Shown: positions 37,701 to 45,745 of the stretch, piece by piece
Numbering within the stretch: the stretch's first letter is position 1
How the letters are laid out: each line of letters opens with the position of its first letter
Assembly: GCA_022800625.1 (NCBI GenBank)
Contig: JAAWQR010000002.1
Span: forward strand, 25,596 to 89,595
From: Clostridiales bacterium
GTDB taxonomy: Bacteria > Bacillota > Clostridia > Oscillospirales > CAG-272
DNA length: 64,000 nt
Direction: 5' to 3'
Position numbers and translations under genes: made by a program
The notes under the pieces: model-generated
The model's input: the letters and a program-made list of their open reading frames with translations, nothing else
Databases searched by the model: none
What the model was told of the DNA's origin: nothing

Positions 37701-39373
37701 GCGAGCTTGTGTCCGACGGAGATATATCGGGAAATACAGCGGCTCTGAACCCTGATTATTATGAGCTTAAATCGGAAGAACTTGCAGACGGCAAGGTAAG
37801 ATATACGGTTTCACTTTACGACATTATCGTTACAAAAGACGGCTCCGATAAGCCGCTTTACGCAGGACACAGTCTGAAGGACGCATTCGCAGCTGCAGCA
37901 GATAATGACGGCAGCGTAATAACTCTCAACGGAACCGCAGTTCTTGATGGAAATGTAAGCATAAATAACAGTGTAACCGTTAAGGGCGCGGATAAGATCT
38001 CATTTGCAGATAATGCAAAAATTCTTATCGGTGCAGACGGTTCTCTGACAACAGACGCCGATGTTACAGTCAGCGTAGCTCCGCTTGATACTGCGTACTA
38101 CGACCTGAAATGCGAATCATCTGCCGACGGTACATTCAGATACACGGTATCGCTTTACGATATTATCGTAACTGCCGCAGGCTCTGATACACCTCTTTAT
38201 ACAGGATACAGTCTGAAAGACGCATTCGCGGCGGCAGATATTGTCTGTGACAGCACGATCACGCTTAACGGAGATGCGGCGCTTGAAGAAAATGTTCTTG
38301 TAAACAACAGAGTTATCATTTCAGGTGCTGACAAGATCACGTTTACGAATGGTGCGGCACTTATGATAGGCGGCAGCGGAGCGATTATTTCAGACTCCGA
38401 TATCGGTTCGAATGTAGCTCTTGAGGACAGCGTAAACTATTCACTTCTTGCAGAAAAACTCGGCGACAGATATGTATACTGCGCAGAACTTTATGCAATA
38501 GTAGTTACAAACGACGGTTCTGTCCGCTATCGCGGCGATAACCTCAAGCGTGCTCTTAATCTGGCAAGTGCCGGAAGCACAGTCAGAGTTAACAGCGCAG
38601 TTACATGGAACTGTGAAGGTGCGGTTGACGAGAGATATCTCCTTGACCGTGAGATCACTCTGCTCGGAGCAGATAATATGTCCCTCAGAGACGGAACTTA
38701 CTTCAGCCTCACGGTAGACGGCTCGCTTATAAGCGACCGTGAGTTCAGTGCAGGCGTCGATGTAAGATCACAGTCCAAATACAGCTCTGTTACAAAGATT
38801 TTTGACAACGGATTCTTTAAGTATAAACTTGCTCCGATCGATCCTGTACTCACAGGCGCCGCTCCGACAGTAAATACTTCAAGTAGTGTAATCTACGGTG
38901 CGAAGGTTGACAATGTGAACAGATATATTTATCTTGACGTTCAGTCGAGCGGAATCACCGAAGCTCAGTTTGCGGCTCTCGTAAGCTTCAGCGGAGCGGC
39001 GGATAACGCTTCTCACATTGATGTCAAGATAGATGAAGGCGGACTCGCTGAGAACAATAACAGATATACGATACGCAACGGTGCTACAGTTACTGTTACA
39101 GCTCAGAATCCCGATTCAAGCGTTGCACCGTCGGTTAAGTACACCGTTATAATCATGGGTGATACCAACTGCAACGGTATGACGGACGCAGGAGACTGCC
39201 GTGCAATTCAGTATCATGTTCTCGGTATGGAACTTTTGAAAGACGCATCTCTCTTAGCGGCAGACATAAACGGTCAGTCCTCGGAGCTTACGGGAAGCGT
39301 TGATACAGGTGACGCAAGAGTTAATCAGTTTAAAATTCTGAACGGTTCAGAATACAAAAGTGCATTGAAATAA
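31799..39373 (+). CDS. giant secreted surface protein (2524 aa) with Sec signal peptide, beta-helix-like repeats and a dockerin-like C-terminus
   Basis: N-terminus MNRLKFSIRRTTAVFLAVLMTVSALNGAFL. C-terminus GDTNCNGMTDAGDCRAIQYHVLG...AADINGQSSELTGSVDTGDARVNQFKIL resembles a duplicated dockerin Ca-binding segment. AAGGAG RBS. Confidence 0.8.
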   Translation: MNRLKFSIRRTTAVFLAVLMTVSALNGAFLVGALPTAKEVKTVTSAELIAKEYAGQLSDAEIQLLKSGMLSDTVYTYTVPGDDDGLVTVDAEKKQISASSYTDSNNNIWKPDGASVVYTEDGAESTERVELNSDGDAFNGTFAYAGNAYSVQVKYVLKTSVSSDEQKALLESAAALKNGVDNLDALNSPDITSTLATLETYLYELKRLVDGVDVTIPGSSATINMKIVDEGFVKGVTSLDNQKEANGGHFDLTVLLNDYSKAQSKNEYLVNHASEVRAAAEKTYEDLIGIYTYKQSIENYENLMNQLGFDNQLASIAFNSIKITTDAIKPVIDADWSVTAGTALRDDLSAAQYKVLDTVIEKIETTVDLDGFAYADTFTADENVITVNQNRHDVSVTVSAEVVSPVLADTSDTVKLAPYSATVTVADGASAEDVLKAVTESGIENQALAGWNSENALYSIDPENYVRSSSELSGVLSEDIDYNISYSPKSFEITCDGEYGIPASVPFGYNITLPSYEDDTQVYEYIVNGAEYLQGDIFRVTGNTEITRKQDKPKTEYEVNKIAASLIGNDEAAAVLNSSALLGEKISLRTPDGDLVKVEWADGNYKVTAATYNAAFNGLLWIPINGIVKTENGSIVETFDITSNGSAYVGTFNSSVFDHVEVNYRLDLNGIIGGETLLKTMNLPYVLTTEASQLKDQLAILNNQYSNMAQLKDQASTIRMAIRGAEDGALTDAIKEAGLDLVDRCFNPDTGNLYAYDYMTEYRAGGLGWYYKQDQSGAFVNYDKMNAQLAVLKRDLPVLCDEDGVFKAFLDGVKTPGGNSAGKYYTVLEDMVEAISALDLVKPNTSVNGAGEELSGLIRAIENAIGKTQEITSVEGYDVFLNAVMIGSAPGRAVVKITVKVQNAQGTVISENSLTSPSIQVGELTSADAAVLNDLFASLEAGVDGHYELSASSDKMLEAGYELRGNENLTFIYVPKTYNVHFISPEGTAVDGVSDTVISYSGNVQLNLTACREAGYRYDYIIGGERVRVMSDMTYSVGDKFDSLFENGETTIVVEKVYVARENFLNMVDKLNRSVSDMTFASGGHNCLTAAFIPVEDSDGNMSVVLRVAPQKSMDPADLAKGIMQTVISAGYNNVSVGGSTLYSGSEDKIYLQAVVDMLLNSGMGLKTIAEAVDENGRINEMSIDGDVAFDLDNMGGFAPTGNSYVNNAETYGGKLLESTLGLDGVNVALYVTIEDFGLSTSTLSKLRSSVENLRSYVDVTFENGEAVASVRIPDKAYQAYLAAMLVTGNSELAEACEPDIGKSVEYIYNLLLPILTDTDVTVDTYQNTLAMLGVHKDITSAARIYTTLQKILIHVIDNATVKGGSVGSTYTAECAYSPAALIDSLGVGSLKGAIAEAADGAAIKANLRATLQNRDSSYEAIVIDPHAAGIKNKAGFTGDVKSALAKVGDNSIVILTSDVTGDLTCDKTVYIDLNGHNLDGNITGAGITLVDSTFANNGQISGNVFVKRDARTNDYYFLTVEGNEVRVNIKADILNRDAFGGLKTLAFDLAFDLALNYYTSAALSVDGNEIYNTDKVQDLVDLYVNGRNAATVNELLDVINCEGLTAFANSMIAKLTDFGTMAQKAERGNALCTFDVSTSAWDLKLYRAEGNYVTADIAPSAERGKNQTIGIYLAGEENDVKAATKLLAALGDVLDMSAEVAFESIDYADKNINIKAVGKAAARFDLTDPDYAVLFAAVVAYGSEDAVRTALTDGIKAYYSENSTDVLHEAVNELTTAQVIGALRKFNSGSDIAQMMADLGLGDIVGDSAIEMMGTYRSVINAMCYLIRRADVNGNDAKLGSRESSETYGLYNLIDKSDINRTGSKKIYNSYGIGYDLTVESLLLDVRLFTDEKPEEFAITVIDSEGVTHNTNDPSEAFALAANGGMIIFNKDIVLSENVTINSSIVMNGAYRLAFTNDAKLLISENGELVSDGDISGNTAALNPDYYELKSEELADGKVRYTVSLYDIIVTKDGSDKPLYAGHSLKDAFAAAADNDGSVITLNGTAVLDGNVSINNSVTVKGADKISFADNAKILIGADGSLTTDADVTVSVAPLDTAYYDLKCESSADGTFRYTVSLYDIIVTAAGSDTPLYTGYSLKDAFAAADIVCDSTITLNGDAALEENVLVNNRVIISGADKITFTNGAALMIGGSGAIISDSDIGSNVALEDSVNYSLLAEKLGDRYVYCAELYAIVVTNDGSVRYRGDNLKRALNLASAGSTVRVNSAVTWNCEGAVDERYLLDREITLLGADNMSLRDGTYFSLTVDGSLISDREFSAGVDVRSQSKYSSVTKIFDNGFFKYKLAPIDPVLTGAAPTVNTSSSVIYGAKVDNVNRYIYLDVQSSGITEAQFAALVSFSGAADNASHIDVKIDEGGLAENNNRYTIRNGATVTVTAQNPDSSVAPSVKYTVIIMGDTNCNGMTDAGDCRAIQYHVLGMELLKDASLLAADINGQSSELTGSVDTGDARVNQFKILNGSEYKSALK
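37490..38830 (+). repeat. four tandem in-frame repeats of about 105-110 aa inside the giant gene
   Basis: Recurring YTVSLYDIIVT..GSD.PLY.G.SLKDAFAAA....S.ITLNG.A.L..NV..NN.V...GADKI.F. Confidence 0.7.
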
Positions 39374-39394
39374 TAGAGCGAAGGAGATATGATA

Positions 39395-40612
39395 ATGAAA
39401 ATAACAAAACGGATTTTCCCTTTGCTGGTGGCATGCCTGATGATTTTTTCAATGCTGCCGGCGGTACTCGCGGCAGATGTTGCTCCCGGCGGTACGGTTC
39501 AGATATCCCATACTTTCAGAGAAGCAGGCGCGATAGACGGAAGATTTGAGTGCAGCAATTCTGCATTCACTCTTTCACAGAAACAGATAAGTGTTTATGC
39601 GGTCGATGTCGGCGCGGGCGTCAGCGCGGTAACAAATGTTACCGCGCCCGCAGGTGCAAAGGACGGAGACAGCTGTGTTATAACTCTTACATATCAGCTT
39701 TATAATATTTCGGGACAGCAAATGATCGGAAGCACAAGCAAGCTGTCATGGACCGTAACAGTTAAAAATAATAAGGTTGAAACAACCAAGGCTCCCGATA
39801 CAACAAAAGCGCCGGTTGCGACGAATCCTCCGTCAACAACCAAAGCTCCCGATACAACAAAGGCTTGGGTGCCGAGTGATCCGCAGACAAATGCTCCGTC
39901 AGAAGATGTAACCCCAAATGTTCCGTCACAGGGATACGATGAGCCTGCATATCAGCCGTCCGCTGACGAACCGACGGTTTCAGGCGTTGACTATGCTGAA
40001 CTTGACCGCCAAATAGCGATTGCTGAAGGACTGGTTTCTTACGAGTATAGAAAAGATGGTTGGGAAAAGCTTGACATTGAGCTCACAGATGCAAAGGGAG
40101 CTAAGGGCAGCAGTTCTCAGTCCGATGTAGACAAAGCTGCAACTGATCTTAAAGACGCAATTGCAGCACTTGTTAAGATGAATTATGAGGGACTTGAGAA
40201 AGCTGTTAAGGATGCGAATGAGCTTCGCGACAGCGAAAAGCTTGCCTCTCTCTTTGATTCGCTCAACGAGAAGCTTGCACTTGCAGCCGAACTGCTCGAA
40301 AGCGGAGATCAGGAGGCGGTTGATAAAGCAGGCCGTGAAATAACTGATCTTATTGACGATATCAAAAAAGAGCTTGACGGAATGAAAGAGGTCAAAGAGG
40401 TTGTAAAGGAAGTAGAGGTCGAGGTAGAGCCTAAGGATGATTTCTGCAACATTTCGATACACAAGGTTTGGCCGATTCTCTTCTGGATCAGCCTTGCACT
40501 GAATGTTGCTCTTGCCGCTCTGATTGTTGTTTACATCATTCGCCGACGCAGTAGCACTCAGAAGGACGATACTCCTCTTGTTGATTACAACATAAGCGAT
40601 GACGATAAATAA
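39395..40612 (+). CDS. secreted, C-terminally membrane-anchored coiled-coil protein with TTKAPDTTKA linker repeats
   Basis: Signal peptide MKITKRIFPLLVACLMIFSMLPAVLA. Pro/Thr linker. Coiled-coil region. C-terminal TM WPILFWISLALNVALAALIVVYII followed by RRR. Confidence 0.7.
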   Translation: MKITKRIFPLLVACLMIFSMLPAVLAADVAPGGTVQISHTFREAGAIDGRFECSNSAFTLSQKQISVYAVDVGAGVSAVTNVTAPAGAKDGDSCVITLTYQLYNISGQQMIGSTSKLSWTVTVKNNKVETTKAPDTTKAPVATNPPSTTKAPDTTKAWVPSDPQTNAPSEDVTPNVPSQGYDEPAYQPSADEPTVSGVDYAELDRQIAIAEGLVSYEYRKDGWEKLDIELTDAKGAKGSSSQSDVDKAATDLKDAIAALVKMNYEGLEKAVKDANELRDSEKLASLFDSLNEKLALAAELLESGDQEAVDKAGREITDLIDDIKKELDGMKEVKEVVKEVEVEVEPKDDFCNISIHKVWPILFWISLALNVALAALIVVYIIRRRSSTQKDDTPLVDYNISDDDK

Positions 40613-40646
40613 TTATTGCGGAAATAGGATTTAACTAAACTTACTT

Positions 40647-40674
40647 TATCAGTGCGGCATAATCCGCACTGATA
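40647..40674 (+). terminator. hairpin after the anchored coiled-coil protein gene
   Basis: tatcagtgcgg-cataat-ccgcactgata. The T-run is not immediately adjacent. Confidence 0.45.
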
Positions 40675-40800
40675 GAGACATAGTTTTATTTAAGCCCTTT
40701 TTTTGTACTAAATAGGGTGTAAATATGACATATGTCTCAAAGAAATACTGAGTGCAGAGTCGGCTGAAACCGAAGCTGTTTATAATAAGGAGTACAACCG

Positions 40801-42264
40801 GTGGAAAAATGGACCAGAAAAGAATACGGCACATGGGATGAAGCGTTCCGCGGTCTTACACCGCGAATCCGTCAAAGCTCTGTCAGGATTGCATCATATA
40901 CACGAGAGCTGTTTGTGCAGGCGTGCGCCGACTCATTTGCCAAGGGAACGCATGACGGAAGTGCAAGGATCCGCGGTAAATATGCCGATCTTGCATATAA
41001 ATGCGGCATGTATCACCAGCTCGGAAAGGCTCTTGTGCCGCCAGAATATCAGATTTTTCAGAGCGACTTTACAGATGAAGAAAAATCTGTTTATTGGAAG
41101 TATATGACGGACGGACGGACGCTTGTCTCCATTCTTCAGGAAAGAGGCGCTGCCGCTAAAAGAAAGCGAGGCATGCCTGACGGAGAAGAAGCGCCGACTG
41201 ATAATATTACATGGCTGATGCTCCGCGAAGCGTGTGAACAGCATATGGAACGCTGGGACGGAACAGGCCTTCCCGAAGGCAGGCGCGGAGACGAAATCAG
41301 CCCTGTTGCACAGATCGTCGGACTTGCGCATGAGCTTGACAGACTTGCATCCGAAACAAAGTCAGAAAAGCCGTTTGACGAAGCGCTTGAAAAGCTGAAA
41401 GGCGAGGTCGGTGCGGCTTGGTCGCCTGCTCTTATAGATGTGCTGACTCACGCTAAGGAAGCGTGCCGCGGAGTATACAAAAAATATATTCATTATACGA
41501 TGACGCTTCCCGAAACGATACCGCTTGTTGAAAAGCGAGAGGACAGACCTATGGGACTTAAATACCGTCCTATGGTAAGCGATAAAAACGGCAGCGTATC
41601 CTATTACGAAGCGATTCCATGGTACGGCGGAATTGCCGATAATCCCGATGAAACGGAGAGCACGGAAGACGTTTCGGAACTGCTCAAAAAAAGCGAGCTT
41701 ATTTCGGATATATCTGTTTACTTCATGTATGAGGCTGCGGACGCAGTTCTGAGACTTGAAAACTGCAAGCTTGACGTCAGCGGAATTATCTTAAATGTGC
41801 CTGCGAATTTTTATTCCGAGAGCGAGCAGCTTTTCAGAATAAATCAAGTTTTTGAAGATGAAGGAATATCAAAGGACAAGCTTCTGTTTACTATTCCTGA
41901 GTCGGTTTTACTGAGTGCTGACAGAGAAACAGCTGAGAATGTCATTGAATATCTGAACGCCGGCTGCAAGTTGGTTCTTGACGGATATCACCCGGATAAG
42001 ATCAGCACAGAGCAGCTGCGTGAGCTTGGATTCAGTATGATTCGCATGTCTCCCGAGCTTAATCTTAAATCTGAAACTGCGGTTCAAATAAAATCTCTCC
42101 GTGAGAGCGGCTTTACGCTTATCGGCGGAGCTGCCGATTCGCAAAACTCGCTTGCCTGGCAGCTTGCCTGCGGAGTTGTTGCCGTCGGCGGACCTGTAGT
42201 GGGCGCGCTCGCCTGTGAAAACGAAATGATTCGCGACGGGCTTGTAAGAGAGCAGACAATATGA
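40801..42264 (+). CDS. degenerate HD-GYP-like plus degenerate EAL-like protein (candidate c-di-GMP sensor)
   Basis: MERWDGTGLPEGRRGDEISPVAQIVGLAHELD matches the HHExxDGSGYP region, but the upstream HD is HQ (YHQLGK). C-terminal YRPMV...YYEAIPW, ILNVPANF, FTIPES and VLDGYHPD follow EAL-domain spacing with catalytic residues replaced. GTG start 8 nt after AAGGAG. Confidence 0.6.
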   Translation: MEKWTRKEYGTWDEAFRGLTPRIRQSSVRIASYTRELFVQACADSFAKGTHDGSARIRGKYADLAYKCGMYHQLGKALVPPEYQIFQSDFTDEEKSVYWKYMTDGRTLVSILQERGAAAKRKRGMPDGEEAPTDNITWLMLREACEQHMERWDGTGLPEGRRGDEISPVAQIVGLAHELDRLASETKSEKPFDEALEKLKGEVGAAWSPALIDVLTHAKEACRGVYKKYIHYTMTLPETIPLVEKREDRPMGLKYRPMVSDKNGSVSYYEAIPWYGGIADNPDETESTEDVSELLKKSELISDISVYFMYEAADAVLRLENCKLDVSGIILNVPANFYSESEQLFRINQVFEDEGISKDKLLFTIPESVLLSADRETAENVIEYLNAGCKLVLDGYHPDKISTEQLRELGFSMIRMSPELNLKSETAVQIKSLRESGFTLIGGAADSQNSLAWQLACGVVAVGGPVVGALACENEMIRDGLVREQTI

Positions 42265-43343
42265 GCAGAAATATAGACGTATTTGAAAACAAACAGCGGC
42301 GTCTGTTTAAGAAAAAAAGAGCAGGTATTGTTCTGACTCGCGATGAAGTCCGCGAGATAAAAAAGGGCAGGAAAAAGCTTCGCCGTGAAATGAAAGCCCG
42401 CGGGATTCGGAGTAAGGCGGAATTTGAACTGACAGCCGGAAATCTCGGACTTTATTTTGATAAACGAAGAGGACTGCTCGGGTGGCTGAGACTTCATTGG
42501 CTCGGAACGCTTCTCGGTTCATTGTTGGCTTTTTTAACCGTTCTTTTCCTGTTCTCAATTGTCCAGCATATGCGCGGTCATTTCACAATACATTTGTCGG
42601 ACGGAATGTTTAAAGAAGGCTTTACCCTGTCGGACAATGTTGACTTTACCAATCCTACGACACAGCTTTTCGCAAATCCTGCGCAGGGCGTGCCGTGTAT
42701 ATCAATAAATCAGCTGCCGACCGATATCGATGAGATCGACGGTGAGCACAACGACCAATATTTTGCGTATACCTACTATATTCGCAACGAAGGCGAAAAC
42801 ACGGTTGATTTTGATTGGACGCTTGATCTGACGTCTGAGACTCAGAGTGTCTCGGAGGCAGTTTGGGTAATGCTTTTCTGTGACGGAGAAATGCGCTTCT
42901 TTGCAAAGCAAAACCGAGAGAGCGGTGAGAGGGAAGCAATTCCGTCTTTCGGTGACAACGGACGCGGATATACAAATCTACCGATAAAAAGTCTTGCAGA
43001 AAACAGCGATCAGTTTGAGGTTGTGAAGCAGGACGGTCAGATAACATATTGGCGCATTGTTCCCGACAAATTCGAGTCACCGCTGCGCGTCACTCATGGC
43101 AGTCAGTCAGAGGTCAATCCGATGGAGGTACACAAATTTACAGTTGTAATGTGGCTCGAAGGCGACGATATTGATACAAACGACTCTGTGATAGGCGGGC
43201 ATCTGGGTATAGAAATGAACTTCAAACTCATATCCGAAACTGAGAAAGAATTGGAAAACGGAGGAGCGGCGGCTGATGGATCGTTTAGGGCTCGTTGGAA
43301 GAGCTTCTGGAACAGTATATGGAGCAACCTGACCTCACGATAA
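42261..43343 (+). CDS. membrane-anchored paralog of the TasA-like fibre proteins (basic cytoplasmic N-tail, one TM helix)
   Basis: ATGA start/stop overlap with the upstream gene. TM LGTLLGSLLAFLTVLFLFSIV. C-terminal VVMWLEGDDIDTNDSVIGGHLGIEMNF motif shared with ORFs 45746 and 51452. Confidence 0.55.
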   Translation: MSRNIDVFENKQRRLFKKKRAGIVLTRDEVREIKKGRKKLRREMKARGIRSKAEFELTAGNLGLYFDKRRGLLGWLRLHWLGTLLGSLLAFLTVLFLFSIVQHMRGHFTIHLSDGMFKEGFTLSDNVDFTNPTTQLFANPAQGVPCISINQLPTDIDEIDGEHNDQYFAYTYYIRNEGENTVDFDWTLDLTSETQSVSEAVWVMLFCDGEMRFFAKQNRESGEREAIPSFGDNGRGYTNLPIKSLAENSDQFEVVKQDGQITYWRIVPDKFESPLRVTHGSQSEVNPMEVHKFTVVMWLEGDDIDTNDSVIGGHLGIEMNFKLISETEKELENGGAAADGSFRARWKSFWNSIWSNLTSR

Positions 43344-43541
43344 ACGGCATAAATCGAAAGGGGAAAGCTAACCGGGAACCCGTTTAAAGGCTTCTCCTTT
43401 CGGTGAAGCCTTTAATAAATATTAAATTCATATATTTTCCGAAGGAACGGAAGTCATTCCATTCCGGACCTGCGGTTTATATAGCTCCGGCGGGAGCAAA
43501 AAAACGTAAAACAGAAAATTCCGAAAGGGGAAAAACAAACA

Positions 43542-45437
43542 ATGACAAACAACGCTAAAAAGCGGGAAGTCAAGATGCCCGGCGGACTTAGACAGAAGCT
43601 TACAGCTGCAATTGCAATGCTTCTTGTTTCCGCTATTATGCTTGTTTCCGCAACCTACGCATGGTTCACGCTGTCAACAGCGCCCGAAGTCAAGGGTATT
43701 TCGACAAGCGTCGGCGCAAACGGAAGCCTTGAAATGGCGCTTCTGACAAAGACAGTCGGAGATATCAAATCAGGCGTCGGCGATTCATCAGCCGTTCAGG
43801 ATGTTAAGCTTGCAAACCGTACATGGGGTAATCTTGTGGATCTTAGTGACGAAGCATACGGTTTCAACGCTCTTACACTGAATCCTGCCCGTCTGATGTT
43901 CAACGAAGACGGTACCGCTCTTAAAGATGCAAATATGCTTCTCGGTACTGCCGACTACGGTTCAGACGGACGTGTATCTGCAATTTCTTCGGCCCGCAGC
44001 ATGATATCTGTTGCAGGTTCCTATGCCGGAGAAGGAGATTTATACGGTGTACGTGCTATCGGTGACAACTCAGCTCTCAGTCCTGAGGAAGTTGCTGTTA
44101 ACAAAGCAAAGATAACCTTCAATTCATCTCTCGAAACTGCAAAGAGCGGAGCTAAATCTGTTCTTGATATGTACGGCGAACAGCTTGCTAATATTGCAGT
44201 AAGACACGGTACTGCTGATGCAGGCACTGATACTTATACAAAGGCAGAAGTTAATGCAATCAGAGACGTTATTACAGCTCTTGAAGCTGAGGCTGCAAAT
44301 ATTGAAACCGTACTTAAGGCTGAAGCTCTTGTAAGAGCTACAGTTGTTGACGGCAGCGCCGATCATACTCTTGAGGAGCAAGTTGTAACGAATGATAAGC
44401 TTACAGCGTTAACTACAGCGATTGCAACAGCTAAGGCTGCAATTCCGGCTGCTGAAAAAGACAGTTACACATGGACTGAAATTCAGCCGGCTCTTTCGGC
44501 AATAATTGATCCCACAGGCGTTACAGTAAACGGCACAACGATATCGGATCTCAAAGATAATCTGATCGGTGAAGACGGACAAATAAATTCCGACTATGCT
44601 TTGGAAATTGCTACAAATCCTTCAGTTGAGACATCAGAGGGAATTTTGGCGTCTGTTGCAGAGTTTACCGGAAACTATAAGTCCATCGGATTTAGTCTTC
44701 CTGTTACGGCTATGGGAATGAGCGTAACTCTGAAAAATGCTACATTGGCTGCAACCACAACAGCAAATCCGGCAGTTCTCATGGGTATTGCGGCAGACAT
44801 AGTTAACCTTAAGTATGAAGGCGAAACATCAAGCGACAATGCAGTTATCTCTGATAACTACGGTTACGCTGTTGACCTTGCGTTCCGTTCAAATACTAAT
44901 ACCAATCTCCAGCTTCAGACAGACGGTGTACAACGTATTTACAACGATGCGACTGTTGTTAACCCTGACACGCAGGGCGGCGGAAGCAAAATGACATTTA
45001 CATCAACTGTTCTTACAGAGGCTCAGATGAAGGCACTCATGGGCGCTATCCGCGTTGTATTCACTGTTCCCGGAGGCACTGAAGTATACGGTGTAGCTAC
45101 TCTTGATCTTGCAGCTCCTGCTGAAGGAACCGAGCCTACATACAGCTTTACAACAACAGGCAGCACTGTTACAGGTACAGCTAACCTTGTAATGAGCAAG
45201 TATACAGTAGATGCAGACGGAAAGATTGTAGTTGCTGGCAAGGCTGATAATGATACTATTACAACCCTTAATCAGGGCGAGGCTAAAGGCGTTACAGCTA
45301 TTGTTTACCTTGACGGTGATATAGTTGATAACTCAATGGTTGCTAATGCGTCCAACTCTATGGCAGGCAGTCTCAACCTTCAGTTCAGCAGCAGCGAACA
45401 GTTGACTCCTATGAATTATACACCTCTTAAAAAATAA
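43542..45437 (+). CDS. TasA/camelysin-like SipW-cognate secreted protein, candidate major fibre subunit (631 aa)
   Basis: N-terminus ...LLVSAIMLVSATYAWFTLSTAPEVKGISTSVGANGSLEMAL. Cys-free mature part rich in A/T/G/S/N. C-terminal IVYLDGDIVDNSMVANASNSMAGSLNLQF. GGGGA RBS. Strong hairpin downstream. Confidence 0.6.
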   Translation: MTNNAKKREVKMPGGLRQKLTAAIAMLLVSAIMLVSATYAWFTLSTAPEVKGISTSVGANGSLEMALLTKTVGDIKSGVGDSSAVQDVKLANRTWGNLVDLSDEAYGFNALTLNPARLMFNEDGTALKDANMLLGTADYGSDGRVSAISSARSMISVAGSYAGEGDLYGVRAIGDNSALSPEEVAVNKAKITFNSSLETAKSGAKSVLDMYGEQLANIAVRHGTADAGTDTYTKAEVNAIRDVITALEAEAANIETVLKAEALVRATVVDGSADHTLEEQVVTNDKLTALTTAIATAKAAIPAAEKDSYTWTEIQPALSAIIDPTGVTVNGTTISDLKDNLIGEDGQINSDYALEIATNPSVETSEGILASVAEFTGNYKSIGFSLPVTAMGMSVTLKNATLAATTTANPAVLMGIAADIVNLKYEGETSSDNAVISDNYGYAVDLAFRSNTNTNLQLQTDGVQRIYNDATVVNPDTQGGGSKMTFTSTVLTEAQMKALMGAIRVVFTVPGGTEVYGVATLDLAAPAEGTEPTYSFTTTGSTVTGTANLVMSKYTVDADGKIVVAGKADNDTITTLNQGEAKGVTAIVYLDGDIVDNSMVANASNSMAGSLNLQFSSSEQLTPMNYTPLKK

Positions 45438-45452
45438 TTTTCGTTTATTTTC

Positions 45453-45478
45453 CGCCGAGACGGTTTTCCGTCTCGGCG
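45453..45478 (+). terminator. 11-bp GC-rich hairpin after the candidate major subunit gene (no adjacent U-tract)
   Basis: cgccgagacgg-tttt-ccgtctcggcg. A 300-bp spacer follows before the next gene. Confidence 0.4.
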
Positions 45479-45745
45479 TGGGGACGGTTTTCCGTTTCCC
45501 TCGGAAAATTTCCGCAGATAAAATCCCATGGAACTCTTTCTGTGGAGACCATTCCGCGGAAACCTTTGAAGAACTGTATTTTCGGAGCGGGAATGAGGCC
45601 TCGAAAACGGCGAATTATCGCAGCAATTTTTTAAGGGACGGAATTTCGGTACTATCAATTCCGCCCTTTATGAAAGGGTTGCGGGCACGGCTTATGGGCG
45701 GTGCCTATTCCCCTTTACAGACTATCCTATGAAAGGATGGAGTAA

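Noticed and set aside
40838-41107. 89-aa ORF overlapping the start of the HD-GYP-like gene
   Set aside because: It is an alternative frame of a gene with clear domain motifs. No RBS.
45478-45732. 84-aa ORF in the spacer between the fibre subunit genes
   Set aside because: No RBS. The sequence is dominated by the TTCCG/CGGAA palindromes, so it is more likely regulatory or structural RNA/DNA.
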